Assembly (NCBI RefSeq): GCF_001677475.2
Contig: NZ_CP015229.1
Reading direction: 5' to 3' (one strand)
Origin: Escherichia coli
Lineage (GTDB): Bacteria; Pseudomonadota; Gammaproteobacteria; Enterobacterales; Enterobacteriaceae
Length of the DNA: 64,000 bases
Part shown: positions 33,994 through 44,997 of the stretch, in pieces
Layout of the letters: each line of letters starts with the position of its first letter
How positions within the stretch are numbered: the stretch's first letter is position 1
Position numbers and translations under genes: made by a program
The notes under the pieces: model-generated
Databases searched by the model: none
The model's input: only the letters and a program-made list of their open reading frames with translations
What the model was told of the DNA's origin: nothing

Positions 33994-34239
33994 TTGGCAG
34001 AGCGTGTTGATGATGCAGAGCTGAGCATGAATCAGTTAGAAGCTCTCAAAGACATGGCCATCGATAACATCAGAAAGCAGGCACAGGTCGTGAGCCAGGT
34101 ATTTACAGGGAAGTGTCGTTACTGCAATGAATCGATTGAATCAGGCATTTATTGTGACGCTGAATGTGCGCAATGGCACAGGGAAGAGCAGGCTGCAAAA
34201 CAGCGTAAATATGGCATGCGACCGGCAGGATTTGACTGA
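33994..34239 (+). CDS. TraR/DksA-like C4 zinc-finger protein
   Basis: 81 aa; CRYCNESIESGIYCDAEC. Confidence 0.45.
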   Translation: MAERVDDAELSMNQLEALKDMAIDNIRKQAQVVSQVFTGKCRYCNESIESGIYCDAECAQWHREEQAAKQRKYGMRPAGFD

Positions 34240-34330
34240 TTATGTTGCGCTTTACTGAGGAAGAGTATTAGACGTCAACTAGTTTTGCCGACTCGCGCCA
34301 ACTATACTGGCCGCACCCTTCAGGGCGACA

Positions 34331-35086
34331 TCAAGTCGCGCTTGTTACTGCCTTCGCTGTCTTTTTCCTGTAGCTTTCCCCTTTCAGTTCGAACATATAT
34401 CCGTGATGGAGCAGCCTGTCTGCCGCAGCCACCGCCATAGTCTCATCCACGAAGATGCTGCCCCACATGCTGAACGGATGGTTACTGGTTATCACCAGGC
34501 TCCCACGTTCATAGCGATGCGCTATTAACTCGAACAGCACACCCGTTTCGGCACTATCGCGTTTGACATAGCCAAGATCATCCACCACTATCACCCGGTA
34601 GCGATCCAGTTTCAGTAGCAGCTCATTCAGTTTCAACTGAGCTCTGGCTTTACGTAGTTCCTGCAACAGCTCTCCTGCGCTGTAGAACCGGGCCCGGTAG
34701 CCCTGACCTACTACGCCATCCACGATCGCTGCCGCCAGATGGCTTTTCCCCAACCCGCTGGCTCCGAACAGCAGAACGTTTTCTCCTGCATCAACCCAGT
34801 CTGTCGTTTCACAGAGTTGCCGGAACTGAGCTCCATTCAGTTCCGGCACCTGACTGAAGTCGTATTCGCTCAGCGTTTTGGCAACTGGCAACCGGGCCTC
34901 CTTTTTATAACGACGCAGTTTTTCACTCTCGCGCCACAGGAGTTCTTCATTGCATAGCGTCAGAAGATAGCGCGATGGTGTCCAGCCTTCTGCCAGCGCT
35001 CGTTTTTCCAGAGCGTGCCATTCAGCTCCAACTCGTGTCAGGCGTAGTTTACGCAGGCTATGTTCAAGGTGATGGATATTGCTCAC
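34331..35086 (-). CDS. istB: IS21-family helper ATPase IstB
   Basis: 251 aa; Walker A GASGLGKSHLAAA. Confidence 0.85.
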   Translation of the reverse strand: MSNIHHLEHSLRKLRLTRVGAEWHALEKRALAEGWTPSRYLLTLCNEELLWRESEKLRRYKKEARLPVAKTLSEYDFSQVPELNGAQFRQLCETTDWVDAGENVLLFGASGLGKSHLAAAIVDGVVGQGYRARFYSAGELLQELRKARAQLKLNELLLKLDRYRVIVVDDLGYVKRDSAETGVLFELIAHRYERGSLVITSNHPFSMWGSIFVDETMAVAAADRLLHHGYMFELKGESYRKKTAKAVTSAT

Positions 35087-36635
35087 TGCGAACCTCCCTT
35101 GCCACGCAGTAGTTGCTCATAACTGCTCAGGTTATGCTGTATCACATTGACTACCGGCAACGCCTTTTCTTTTATACCCAGGAAGCGCATCAGCCGGTGC
35201 AGATCCACGTTTCCCGGGGTATTCAGCATCTGCTCCATACCTTTTGCCACGACTGAGATATCGTCGTATCCTGCAGCCAGTTTCAGGGCATGTACCATCA
35301 GCCTTCCTGCCATATCGGGCTCCAGATGATTACATAAGCGACGCCACAGCCTCCGCCATTCATCGTCCGGCAGGATGTCATTTCTCAGCGTTGCATGGCA
35401 GAACGCACCGGGCTTTTTTGCCAGACTGTCGATCACATGTCGGAAGTCGATACGACGGGCCCGCGTCTTCCCTTTTTCTGGTCTGACGCGAGGGCAGCTC
35501 ATGACCTCGCTGCTGCCAACGTAACAGCTCAGACGATCGTCCCATAACCTGACCCGTAACAGTTGACCTACAAGCCGGGAAGGTACGCTGTAGACGACGT
35601 GCTTCACATTGATGGTACTGCTGCGACTAACCCTCACAGTCAGCTCATCATAGTCAGCACTGCGACGAAGCGGCAGCGGTTTCAGATGAAGACGTTCTTC
35701 CTTGACCAGATCCTGATTGTTACGGTTGTGCCGCATAACCTGCTGAGTGATGAAGGCCTGATATTCTTCTATGGTGCTGAAGTCGTTACTGCCCCGCAGT
35801 ATCAGCGCCTGACAGATACGCCTTTTCAGATGTCCGTGGGCACTTTCAACCGAGCCATTTTCGTGGCCCCGACCGGCATTATTGTGTACGCCCTGCATTC
35901 CGTAGTGCTGACAGAGAGTAGCATAACGCTCAGTCAGCTCGCGGCGTCCATTCCGTAGTGCTGACAGAGAGTAGCATAACGCTCAGTCAGCTCGCGGCGT
36001 CCATCTTCGCCCTGTTGTTTCCATGCTGCCCTCAGGCTGTCCGTTTTATGTTCTACCGGCACTCCGCCCAGTTGTCCGAGGGCTTCCTGCAGGCCTTCAG
36101 CCAGAGCAGAGAAGCTCTCACCACCCAGAACAACCCGCATCCAGCTCCAGTGGCTCCATTCCAGACGGAAGTGATACAACTTATGCGCCAACAACTTACC
36201 GGCGATGGTGACAACTACACCTTTCAGTTCAGTAAAGTCCGACAGGCCTCGCAGGCCGGGCTGATGTTGCTGGCGGAACATGACCTCCTGCTCTGTACCA
36301 TACTGTAGTTTCCATTCGCGAACCCGCCGTTGCATTGTTCTTCGAAGGCTGTTGGGGTACTGGCCGGGATATTTATCCTGTAGCATCTCCAGTAGAGTTG
36401 TTGGTGTCAGAGCCGGCCTCTCTTTCAACAGAGGAACAAGCATGCTGTCCCACACAGCTTCCAGAGGATCTTTGCGTGTGCGCCAGTGCCGAACACTGTT
36501 TTTTGCCCACTCTCCTTTTTCGATCCGACGACCAGAACGGACTGAGATACCAGCCTTCATGGCCGAGATATGCTGAGTTATACCTTTCTTACGCTGAGTC
36601 ATATAGTAACTGACCTGAGAAGTATTGAGCGTCAC
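35083..36635 (-). pseudogene. istA: IS21-family transposase IstA, frameshifted by a 53-bp tandem duplication
   Basis: N-terminal HTH ORF (36635-35934) and C-terminal catalytic ORF (35898-35083) separated by an exact 53-bp direct duplication. Confidence 0.75.
35896..36004. repeat. exact 53-bp tandem duplication inside istA
   Basis: 35899-35951 identical to 35952-36004 (tccgtagtgctgacagagagtagcataacgctcagtcagctcgcggcgtccat). Confidence 0.9.
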
Positions 36636-37452
36636 GCCATTTCCTGTTGGATCATGTAAATGACACTCAGGTTACAAAACCGGCCAGAATAATCGGCGCC
36701 AGGCGGACTGAGTTATTGTCGTCTCATAGAAGAGTTTCAGGCTTTTAGTGAGCGTCGAAATAAGGGGCGGTCCAGGCCAAAAACCAAAAAGGATCCATTC
36801 TTATCGCTTGCGCCGGTAAAAGAAGTTTCTCCACATGCGAAGGCACTTGCAGCACTGGCAAAGAACCCAGACCTGCGCGACGGAAATTGCGAGCACTTCG
36901 AGCAGGTTTTCATTTTTGATTACTTCGAACGCAAGCACCCTGACATCTATGAGCTGTTGCATGCAACGCCTAACGGAGGGAAACGTTCAAAAGCAACCGC
37001 CGGGAAAATGAAGGCTGAAGGGCAGAAAAAAGGTTATCCGGACATGAGTCTCGATAAAGCATGCGGTATTTATCACGGCATGCGAATTGAGCTTAAAGAA
37101 CCAAATGGTAAAGCCCCGACGAAAGAGCAGATCGCCTGGATGCGCAGGCTTAGAGAGGAAGGTTACTACGTCGTTCTTGCGTATGGTGCAGAACAAGCGA
37201 TAACCGCCATCCTGGAATACATGAGCCTTAAAAAGGGTGAGGCTATTGAGCATGTATTGAACGGTGACAAGTGGTTGTACGCTACATGAAATAATAAATT
37301 AATTAGTGCATATGTGTTCTTTGATACAGCGCACATTAACATCGGGAGAATAATCGTGTCATCCAAGGCTAATTATGAATCGCTGGCATCGATCATGCCG
37401 CGTAATGAACAGGAAGCAGATGCTGTAGTGGACCCGGTAATCGCTGAAATGA

Positions 37453-38115
37453 ATGCTCGCCTGGAGGCTGAATTTGCAGCTGAGAATGAACATACCACCC
37501 AGGGCGACTAGGACTGTTTTTTGTGTCGGTAGCGGTCCGTCACTCACTCGTGAGGACTGTGCTGCTATAGAAAAAACTGGCTGTTCAATCATCGCGGTTA
37601 ACAATTCCTGGCAGATGTTCGATGACATTTATGCCTTATACGCCGGTGATTTGTCATGGTGGAAGCAATACGGTTCCACCATACCGGGAGGGAGGTTCCG
37701 CAAAGTGACAGCCAACCTGGCGGCGGCGAAATCATTTTCGTTGGAGTACAGGCGATATTGTGGACCGGCGGAAGGGGTAAATAGCGGCGCGCAGGCTATC
37801 AGTCTGGCTGCTGAATCAGGGGCTGAAGTAGTGGTATTAGTCGGCTATGACTGTTCTCTGCAAAACGGCCTTCATTGGCATGGCGCGCACCCTCAAGCCC
37901 TACGGAATCCAACGCAGGTGTCTATTTCAAAATGGCAACAGCAGTTCCTGGATACCCGCAAAAAACACGCAGATTTACATATTTTGAATGCAAGTAGGAG
38001 CAGTGCAATTCAATGTTTCCCAAGAATAAATTTAGAGGCAGTGATCGCGTTATTATCGTCGGCAGTGGCCCAAGCGCCGCAAACTTTGTTGCGCCGCGCG
38101 GAGTGCCGATTATAG
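37453..38115 (+). CDS. Rossmann-like protein with GSGPS motif (MptE/DUF115-like)
   Basis: 220 aa; VFCVGSGPS...AVNN...GYD; 3' end overlaps next paralog. Confidence 0.5.
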   Translation: MLAWRLNLQLRMNIPPRATRTVFCVGSGPSLTREDCAAIEKTGCSIIAVNNSWQMFDDIYALYAGDLSWWKQYGSTIPGGRFRKVTANLAAAKSFSLEYRRYCGPAEGVNSGAQAISLAAESGAEVVVLVGYDCSLQNGLHWHGAHPQALRNPTQVSISKWQQQFLDTRKKHADLHILNASRSSAIQCFPRINLEAVIALLSSAVAQAPQTLLRRAECRL

Positions 38116-38639
38116 CGGTCAATGGGGCCATCGACTGGCTTAACCGCGCTTCTTATTTTTTCACCCTTGATCCATCCCCAGACAATATGCGGCGCGTTGG
38201 TCGTGGCCGCCGTCGCCGTGGTGTTTGTTATTGCATGGCACTACCCGATGTTAAAGAACGTGAAGTCAGAGACGGCGTTCTGTGCTTCCGTCGTGTGGCT
38301 GAACGTGGCATGGAGCCAAAAAATACGAATTCTCCCGAGTGGTGGGCGTGGCGCTGGTCCGCACATTTCGGACTTTGCGAAGATGAGAATGAAATTGCCA
38401 GCGGCAATAGTGCATATGGCGCTCTGAACCTGGCTTTCCATATCGGATTCAAACATGTCGCCCTGGTGGGCGTTGACGCTACACAAGAACCACGCGTTCA
38501 CTCCGGCGGCACGCCAAAAAATCTAAGTCACCTGCCTTTGTTATTCCAGTCTGCGCGTGAACAGATTGACGTTGTTTCATGCGGGAAAATGGGAGGTATT
38601 CCGCAGATGACTCTTAAAGAATGGCTGAAGAATACATGA
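38013..38639 (+). CDS. Rossmann-like protein with GSGPS motif, paralog of previous
   Basis: 208 aa; IIVGSGPS...AVNG...GVD. Confidence 0.5.
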   Translation: MFPKNKFRGSDRVIIVGSGPSAANFVAPRGVPIIAVNGAIDWLNRASYFFTLDPSPDNMRRVGRGRRRRGVCYCMALPDVKEREVRDGVLCFRRVAERGMEPKNTNSPEWWAWRWSAHFGLCEDENEIASGNSAYGALNLAFHIGFKHVALVGVDATQEPRVHSGGTPKNLSHLPLLFQSAREQIDVVSCGKMGGIPQMTLKEWLKNT

Positions 38640-39313
38640 TGGCACCCACAATTTATCACCGTATCGACGGTACCAAATACAGGAATGTCTGGGTTGTTGG
38701 TGATCTGCATGGTTGCTACACCAGACTGATGTCCGAACTCCATCGTGTGGATTTTGACCCGGCGCAGGATTTACTGATATCGGTCGGCGACCTTATCGAT
38801 CGCGGTACTGAAAATGTCGAATGTCTGGAACTATTGCAGATGCCCTGGTTCAGGGCAGTAATGGGGAACCATGAGCGGTTGATGCTCGATGCGTTAAGTC
38901 CTGATGGCAACGTGAATAACTGGCTAATGAATGGCGGACAATGGTTCTTCATGCTGGACACTGATCAGGAAATATTAGCCAAGGCGCTGGTGGAGTTGGT
39001 AAGACGACTGCCCTATATCATTGAGTTGAACACCGGGCAAGAAACTATCGTTATAGCCCATGCCGACTATCCGGATAATGAATATCAATTCGGTAAGGAG
39101 GTGCCGCTTTTCAACGTTGTCTGGGCGCGCGAGCGTATCAGTGATTCGATGGATGATATTGGTGGCGAAATTTCGGGCGCAGATCGTTTTATCTTTGGTC
39201 ACACTCCGGTGAAAATCCCGAAGACATTCTGGAATCAGCATTATATCGACACTGGTGCCGTATTTTGCGGAAACCTGACATTGATGAAAGTGAAAGGTGA
39301 TGGTGCAGCATGA
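38621..39313 (+). CDS. ppp: serine/threonine protein phosphatase (metallophosphatase, lambda PP-like)
   Basis: 230 aa; GDLHG, GDLIDRG, GNHE motifs. Confidence 0.8.
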   Translation: MAEEYMMAPTIYHRIDGTKYRNVWVVGDLHGCYTRLMSELHRVDFDPAQDLLISVGDLIDRGTENVECLELLQMPWFRAVMGNHERLMLDALSPDGNVNNWLMNGGQWFFMLDTDQEILAKALVELVRRLPYIIELNTGQETIVIAHADYPDNEYQFGKEVPLFNVVWARERISDSMDDIGGEISGADRFIFGHTPVKIPKTFWNQHYIDTGAVFCGNLTLMKVKGDGAA

Positions 39314-40011
39314 AGATTGCTTTAGTTCTTCGCTCTGGTGGTGACTATAACGCTTCCGATGTGCAGTGGCTGGTTAATCAACTGCCAAAAGGCTATGAAA
39401 TTATTTGCCTGACAGACCTGAAGCGTTTACATGTACCTGGCGTCAAAGTTGTCCCATTGATCAACCAGTGGCAAAAGTGCCGTGGCTGGTGGGCGAAAAT
39501 CGAGTTGTTCCGACCGGATATAACCGATGATCTGTTCTATCTGGATTTGGACACGGTTATTGCCGGTGATATACGCCCAATCCTTGAGAATCCACCAACC
39601 AGCTTCACCATGCTTAGGGATTTTTACCATCCACAATATCGTGGTAGCGGTGCCCTGTGGATACCAAATAGTGTAAAAGCGCATATCTGGAGTTCATTCT
39701 GGCAAGATCCGGAAGGTTGGATTTCTCGTTGTGTCACTACTGAGTGCTGGGGTGATCAGGGGTTCTTACGGAAGGTTATGGGCGATGATACACCAGCATT
39801 TCAGGATCTGTATCCGGGATGGTTTGTAAGTTACAAGGCCGATGTTGTGGAACCTGGTTCAAAATATGCAAGCGCGCGTTACTCCAGGGGGAATGGGGCA
39901 TTACCAAAGGACTGCCGAATAATCTTTTTCCACGGCAAACCGCGACCTCGCGAAGTGTCAGAGGATTGGCTTCCCCTTATTAGCTCGTTTTTTGAGCTAG
40001 AATCAGAATAA
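39310..40011 (+). CDS. hypothetical protein with DxD motif (possible glycosyltransferase)
   Basis: 233 aa; [10 protein letters not shown]. Confidence 0.45.
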   Translation: MKIALVLRSGGDYNASDVQWLVNQLPKGYEIICLTDLKRLHVPGVKVVPLINQWQKCRGWWAKIELFRPDITDDLFYLDLDTVIAGDIRPILENPPTSFTMLRDFYHPQYRGSGALWIPNSVKAHIWSSFWQDPEGWISRCVTTECWGDQGFLRKVMGDDTPAFQDLYPGWFVSYKADVVEPGSKYASARYSRGNGALPKDCRIIFFHGKPRPREVSEDWLPLISSFFELESE

Positions 40012-40012
40012 T

Positions 40013-40029
40013 ATTGCTCTAATAATTCC
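40013..40029. promoter_or_regulatory. C1 operator-like site, with inverted copy at 40063-40078
   Basis: attgctctaataattcc and tttttattagagcaat flank a terminator hairpin. Confidence 0.55.
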
Positions 40030-40038
40030 ATATTTTTA

Positions 40039-40068
40039 AAACGTGATGTACACTCATCACGTTTTTTA
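40039..40068. terminator. bidirectional intrinsic terminator
   Basis: aaaacgtgatg-tacactc-atcacgtttttt. Confidence 0.6.
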
Positions 40069-40312
40069 TTAGAGCAATCTGCAAGGTGCACTATGTGGCC
40101 ATTCCGACGGAAATATCACTACTGGCTGATCGCCTTTGTTACGCCGACCGGCGGTATCAGGCATGTCATCACCAGGTATCGCAACAAGAGGCTCACCTTA
40201 GCCAGAATTTTACAGGCTGCCATAGGTGAGGGGCTGGATACAAATTGCGTAGTCCTTCCACCTTCATACTTAGGAAAAATGACCGAAGAACAAGCTAATA
40301 CGGAACTTTGAA

Positions 40313-41575
40313 ATGAGCACTTCAGCACAAAACCAATCAATCGAAAATGTATCTATCCCTGACGTCCTGAATGCCGGTATCCCGGCCATTATCCAGAACA
40401 TCCGAGCCGCGCAACGCCGCGTTAGTTGTGATGACCTCACAGCGCGTTTTTTTGATAATGCGGTTCAGTCAGCGGAGATGCTTCACGCACAGCTTATTGA
40501 TGTTTATAACGCAGAAGCTGATAGCCATAACTCCCTGGTAGATGAAGCCGAAAATATGCAGTTGGATCTCGGCCTGAAGGGTAAAGAAATTGAAGAGCTT
40601 CATCTGCAAATTGAACATTTGAAACGCCAGCAACAGGATGCGATCGACGATGCGACGCATGACGCCAACCTGCGTGCTGATAATGCCGAACGTATAAGCA
40701 TTGAGCTGGAAACAAAACTCAATGAAATGACAGCGATGGTTGAACTGCGGAACTCACAGATTTCAACGCTAAAATCTCAATATAAAGAGATCATGAAACT
40801 TGATCCTTTTAACCTTGAGAAACGCTATAACAAAGCCAAAAGTGAGCGACAGGAACTGCGTAAGCAGGTCGCCGACCTTAACCAACAGCTCAAAAAGACT
40901 ATTAAAGATGCAAGTGAGGCGCGCGTGGCATTTGCTAATAAAAAAGCAGAGGTTACCGCGCTGGTTAATGAGAATGCCAAATTTGCGACGCTCAAGAAGG
41001 AAATGTATGGCATTACTGAGCGCCGTTTCCCTGCAAGCAAACTTCATCCGACGTTAGGGCAAATCTCCTTCTTCCCGCGCCTCCTGGCTTATGGGATCTC
41101 ATCGCCTAAAGAGTTCAATAACGAGCGTCCTTATATCGTTTCTAAGCTGGACTTTGCTTATCAGTTCTGCTGCGACATGGGCTATGCCATTGATATCCGA
41201 ATCAACGAATGGTTGATGCCAAACTTCCAGCCGTTGGCAATTTTCCGCGAGTTCCAGCCGGAAGGTTGGGTAGAGTTCTTCCATGAATTGATCTGTAAAG
41301 AGATGGAAAGCCGCCGCCCGGAACTGGTCCGTCGAGTTGAGTGGGCGCAAGAGGTTATGTTGGCAGATGCAGAGCTGCCGTTCGAACCGGAATTCATTGA
41401 TGATCTGGCAACTAAAGGACTGCATACCCTGTTTGATGTGGTTACCCGCCGTCATGAGCAGTTGGTTGTCGAATTGGGTTTAGAGGAAACTGCGGCAAGA
41501 AGACTTCTCGATGTTTGCTATGCACGTAGCGATGCATGGGAAAAAGAGAACGGCGGCACTATTTACGTTCGCTGA
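40313..41575 (+). CDS. hypothetical coiled-coil protein
   Basis: 420 aa ORF. Confidence 0.5.
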   Translation: MSTSAQNQSIENVSIPDVLNAGIPAIIQNIRAAQRRVSCDDLTARFFDNAVQSAEMLHAQLIDVYNAEADSHNSLVDEAENMQLDLGLKGKEIEELHLQIEHLKRQQQDAIDDATHDANLRADNAERISIELETKLNEMTAMVELRNSQISTLKSQYKEIMKLDPFNLEKRYNKAKSERQELRKQVADLNQQLKKTIKDASEARVAFANKKAEVTALVNENAKFATLKKEMYGITERRFPASKLHPTLGQISFFPRLLAYGISSPKEFNNERPYIVSKLDFAYQFCCDMGYAIDIRINEWLMPNFQPLAIFREFQPEGWVEFFHELICKEMESRRPELVRRVEWAQEVMLADAELPFEPEFIDDLATKGLHTLFDVVTRRHEQLVVELGLEETAARRLLDVCYARSDAWEKENGGTIYVR

Positions 41576-41599
41576 TAGTTACAGTGTCACTTTTAATGC

Positions 41600-41632
41600 T
41601 GGTGGAGTGCGCCCACCAGCATTTTTTTCGTC
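41600..41632 (+). terminator. intrinsic terminator
   Basis: gctggtgg-agtgcg-cccaccagc then atttttttc. Confidence 0.6.
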
Positions 41633-41647
41633 CAATGAGGAGGGCAT

Positions 41648-42154
41648 TTGAGTATTTTCAATAAACACGCACACCAGGAACGTCCGTACATCGTCATAGT
41701 AGATATTGATGGGACGATATCAGAGGCAACGGAAGACAGGCTGCATTTACTTCCACCACCAGGTAAAGGTGCATTAACAGAGCACTGGAACGAGTTTAAC
41801 CTTGCCTGTGAAACTGATGCTCCCATTACTCCAGTTATTGATATGGTGCGCCAGTTATCCAGCATTTACACGGTCTGGTTTGTAACCGGGCGCTGTGAGA
41901 TCGCAAGGGATAAAACACGAGCCTGGCTGCGAAAGTACGTAACAAACGGGGATGAGCCTTTGCTATCTATGCGTCCTGCCACCGATGACAGAAATGACGG
42001 TCCAGCAAAGATTGATCTCCTGAAGAAAATTGGTCTAAGTAAAATTGCGTTCGCGCTGGAAGATAAGATTGAAGTGGCGCGTGTTTTCAGGAGTCACGGC
42101 GTACTTACATTAATGGTTAGGGAGTATGAAAATGCGCTTCTTCATCAACAATAA
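41648..42154 (+). CDS. HAD-superfamily phosphatase-like protein
   Basis: 168 aa; IVIVDIDGTI motif. Confidence 0.5.
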   Translation: MSIFNKHAHQERPYIVIVDIDGTISEATEDRLHLLPPPGKGALTEHWNEFNLACETDAPITPVIDMVRQLSSIYTVWFVTGRCEIARDKTRAWLRKYVTNGDEPLLSMRPATDDRNDGPAKIDLLKKIGLSKIAFALEDKIEVARVFRSHGVLTLMVREYENALLHQQ

Positions 42155-42163
42155 TTGCTCTAA

Positions 42164-42180
42164 TAAATGTTGATTTTTAA
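42164..42180. promoter_or_regulatory. C1 operator-like site
   Basis: attgctctaataaatgt. Confidence 0.55.
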
Positions 42181-42348
42181 AACAGAGAAAGTGAAAATAA
42201 AAACATGCCGCAAGGCGCGGCATGTATCCAATCAATCACAGGAGCTGAAAATATGAACACGGCATTCAAAATCATTATGGCCGCGATCTATTTCTGGCTG
42301 TTCTCTATCACTTTTGGCGGCATCGTCGCGCATGGGTAAGGGGGATGC

Positions 42349-43077
42349 ATGAAAGGCGAAGTGAAAGAGCGCGGCATGATTTTCAACGATGAGATGGTCC
42401 GGGCCATCCTCGAAGGAAGGAAAACGCAGACGCGGCGGATAATGAAAAATCAGCCTGCGGAAGTTGGTCCAGAAGCACCAGTGATGGTTAGAAAAATTGG
42501 TGCAGGTTTTCAGTGGTACGGGGCTGATGGTGTAAGCAGTGTTTTCAATTGCCCCTTTGGTATCGTCGGCGATCGAATTTGGGTTCGTGAAACATGGGCG
42601 ATATTAGGCAATGAGGATGGTTGCAGTGTGGACTGGAACGACAACCCTTGTCGTGGCGATGAGAAGAACGCAGCAAGGATTTATCGGGCCAGTTGTGAGC
42701 AAAAGCCTGGTGATTACGGCTTATGGTCGATACCCGATGATGCCGACTGGAAACCTCACACTGTGAATGAAAAGTTTGATGGTGGGTGGCGTCCATCAAT
42801 TCACATGCCGCGATGGGCATCACGCATTCTGTTGGAAATTACCAACGTGCGCGTTGAGCGGTTGAACGATATCAGCGAATGCGATGCAGGGGCTGAGGGC
42901 GTTCCGCCTGCTGGAAGTTTACTTCCTGATTACCCGGGAACATTCCTTACTCCCAATGGGGACTTCGCAATGGCCAAGGTTGCGTTCCAGCGTCTGTGGG
43001 AGTCCATCTACGGCGAAGAAAGCTGGAACGCTAATCCCTGGGTGTGGGTAATCGAGTTTAAGCGCATTCAGGAATAA
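42349..43077 (+). CDS. ASCH/PUA-like domain protein (start may be internal Met)
   Basis: 242 aa; MIFNDEMVRAILEGRKTQTRR motif typical of phage ASCH proteins as recalled. Confidence 0.45.
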   Translation: MKGEVKERGMIFNDEMVRAILEGRKTQTRRIMKNQPAEVGPEAPVMVRKIGAGFQWYGADGVSSVFNCPFGIVGDRIWVRETWAILGNEDGCSVDWNDNPCRGDEKNAARIYRASCEQKPGDYGLWSIPDDADWKPHTVNEKFDGGWRPSIHMPRWASRILLEITNVRVERLNDISECDAGAEGVPPAGSLLPDYPGTFLTPNGDFAMAKVAFQRLWESIYGEESWNANPWVWVIEFKRIQE

Positions 43078-43080
43078 ACC

Positions 43081-43353
43081 GTGAGTATGCATCAAGTCGT
43101 CAGCTTTTCAGGTGGACGAACATCGGCTTATCTCGTTCATCTGATGGAAGCACAGCGAAAAGCTGGCGCTAGCGTCCATTTCATTTTTATGGATAAGTCT
43201 TACGGCTGGACTGAGTGCGATACCTTCGAAAGGTATTACGATTGGTCGAGAAACAAATGGTGGGCAGTCACTGACGATGGGGAAGAATCAGCATCGAAAC
43301 TAACTCACTGGATGCCACTACCAGAACCGCCACAGGAGTCGAAGAGTGAATAA
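43081..43353 (+). CDS. hypothetical protein
   Basis: 90 aa ORF in co-directional run. Confidence 0.35.
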   Translation: MSMHQVVSFSGGRTSAYLVHLMEAQRKAGASVHFIFMDKSYGWTECDTFERYYDWSRNKWWAVTDDGEESASKLTHWMPLPEPPQESKSE

Positions 43354-43552
43354 AGCAGAGTTATTTCAGAAAATATCGGCTCTCGCGACTGAATGCCACG
43401 CTATAGCATCTGAGCTTGATGTTGGCGATGAACGAACCGAGATGTTCGAAATATACAGTGTGCTGCGCAATCTCTGTCGGCGTGGCTACGCCACTCAAGT
43501 AGGGCGAATGACTAACCCACTACTCTCATCCTGTGATGAGGATGACGAATGA
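43346..43552 (+). CDS. hypothetical protein
   Basis: 68 aa ORF overlapping neighbours. Confidence 0.35.
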   Translation: MNKAELFQKISALATECHAIASELDVGDERTEMFEIYSVLRNLCRRGYATQVGRMTNPLLSSCDEDDE

Positions 43553-44214
43553 TGCATAAATCAGTAGCCGGTGAGTTTCAGAAGGAAGTCGATAATACTA
43601 CCGTTCTATTGGACGATATTTTAAGCATTCTCGCGCTGCTTGAGGCTGGCGATTGGTCAGAACATTGCACTAAAACAGAGCTAGGCGGTCGGCTTGAAAG
43701 AGAGATTACACGGCTTGTTGGTGATGCGCAGGAAGCTACAGTCACTAGTTATGAGTTAATCGCTGAAGCCTGGCGTTTGATGGATGGACAAGATCCTAAA
43801 ACAAGCGATTGGCATAGCAAGGCTTCGAAGTATTTAAATTCCAATAGGGTAGAAAAAGTTGATGATGTGAAACCGAAGCCAGTAGACCACGGTTTCCGCG
43901 ATAACTGCGAATGCTCTAGTTGCCAGACCACGGCCCGTATTTGTTCCGAATTGACAGATAAGTCCAGCCTAATCTACGAAGTTAATGTAGGCGGTAATAC
44001 ATGGGTCGAATGCACAAGAGCTGCATACGTAAGAGCAAAAGACAAGGGTGAATTAACCAGAGTTGTTACCAATCACCCAAATAATGAGCTTAAAGATCAC
44101 CAGATTCGAGAACTGGTGAACGAGTTGAGGGATATTGCGGTTCAGTACCACGGAACGCAGCAATTGCGGGAGAAGATTGCCAGAGCAGTGAACAACTCAG
44201 TCCGTAAAAAATAA
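43549..44214 (+). CDS. hypothetical protein
   Basis: 221 aa ORF. Confidence 0.45.
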   Translation: MMHKSVAGEFQKEVDNTTVLLDDILSILALLEAGDWSEHCTKTELGGRLEREITRLVGDAQEATVTSYELIAEAWRLMDGQDPKTSDWHSKASKYLNSNRVEKVDDVKPKPVDHGFRDNCECSSCQTTARICSELTDKSSLIYEVNVGGNTWVECTRAAYVRAKDKGELTRVVTNHPNNELKDHQIRELVNELRDIAVQYHGTQQLREKIARAVNNSVRKK

Positions 44215-44655
44215 GCAATAGTACGATAAAGAGGCCCCATGCTCTTGATGGGGCCTGTAGCAACTAGCGTTATGGACGCTGGTTTACGTACTCAATGATC
44301 GCTTTGATAATCGCGAACATCGGCGGCACGATTTTGAACAGTAAGTTAACCATAACAGGTCTCACTTAGTTTTATCGCGCCTAGCTGCAAATACCTTTGG
44401 GCTTGCCTTTGCAGTTGCAATATCTGTAGTCGCCAGATACTTACGGCACGATTTCGAGTTAAGGTAAGGTTTTAGAGTCACCAAAAACCTGGACTTAAAT
44501 CTTCTTTGAGAACAACGATGTTTAGTAAATGGTCATTATTACCTGGTATGACCACTCAACGTTTCTTGATGAATCCAGTACATTCGGTTAATCTTAATTC
44601 AGTCGCCAGATACTTATGGCTCAGGAACAGAGCCGCAAACTCTGTTTCCTCTTAA

Positions 44656-44688
44656 AAAGCCCAGCCTAGTCAACTGGGCTTTTTAATG
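44656..44688 (+). terminator. intrinsic terminator
   Basis: aaaaagcccag-cctagtcaa-ctgggcttttt. Confidence 0.55.
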
Positions 44689-44981
44689 TCTATTTTTAAC
44701 CCAATGAACCTTCAATACCGCAACATCAGTGTCTTGCGAATTAAGATAGTGTGTATAGGTTATACATGCAAGTGCATAACTCTGTGGATAACTCAGGAAG
44801 GAAAAAGTAGCTTCCGCGCAATTTAGGCCAGACAAGGCTTTCGCAAAAGTCAACGGAGAGAAAAAATTTGTTAAAAATAACGTTTGTTGGAATTGTATAT
44901 ATTTATGCCTTTCAATAGTTAGCATCTTATTAACATCTTTTTTAAGAGATAGAGTTCAAAAATATATAGCTTCAACATATA

Positions 44982-44997
44982 CCGTATGTATATACAG
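44982..44997. promoter_or_regulatory. LexA box-like site upstream of humD (one mismatch)
   Basis: ccgtatgtatatacag = CTGT-N8-ACAG with CCGT left half, about 20 bp before humD start. Confidence 0.45.

Larger units (their letters stand above)
34266..36728 (-). mobile_element. IS21-family insertion sequence (about 2.46 kb)
   Basis: imperfect terminal inverted repeats tattagacgtcaa / ttgtcgtctcata, with inner repeat gcgccaactatactggccg / cggccagaataatcggcgc; flanked by GAAGAG duplication; carries istA-istB. Confidence 0.8.
34242..37289 (+). pseudogene. VRR-NUC domain gene interrupted after codon 8 by an IS21-family element
   Basis: ATG 34242 (MLRFTEEE) reaches the IS; same frame reopens right of the IS and reads into the GYPDM...IELKEP VRR-NUC-like core; 6-bp duplication GAAGAG at 34260-34265 and 36729-36734. 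Confidence 0.6.

Noticed and set aside
44683-44925. 80-aa minus-strand ORF
   Set aside because: AT-rich region with no RBS; overlaps probable promoter/LexA-box region upstream of humD.
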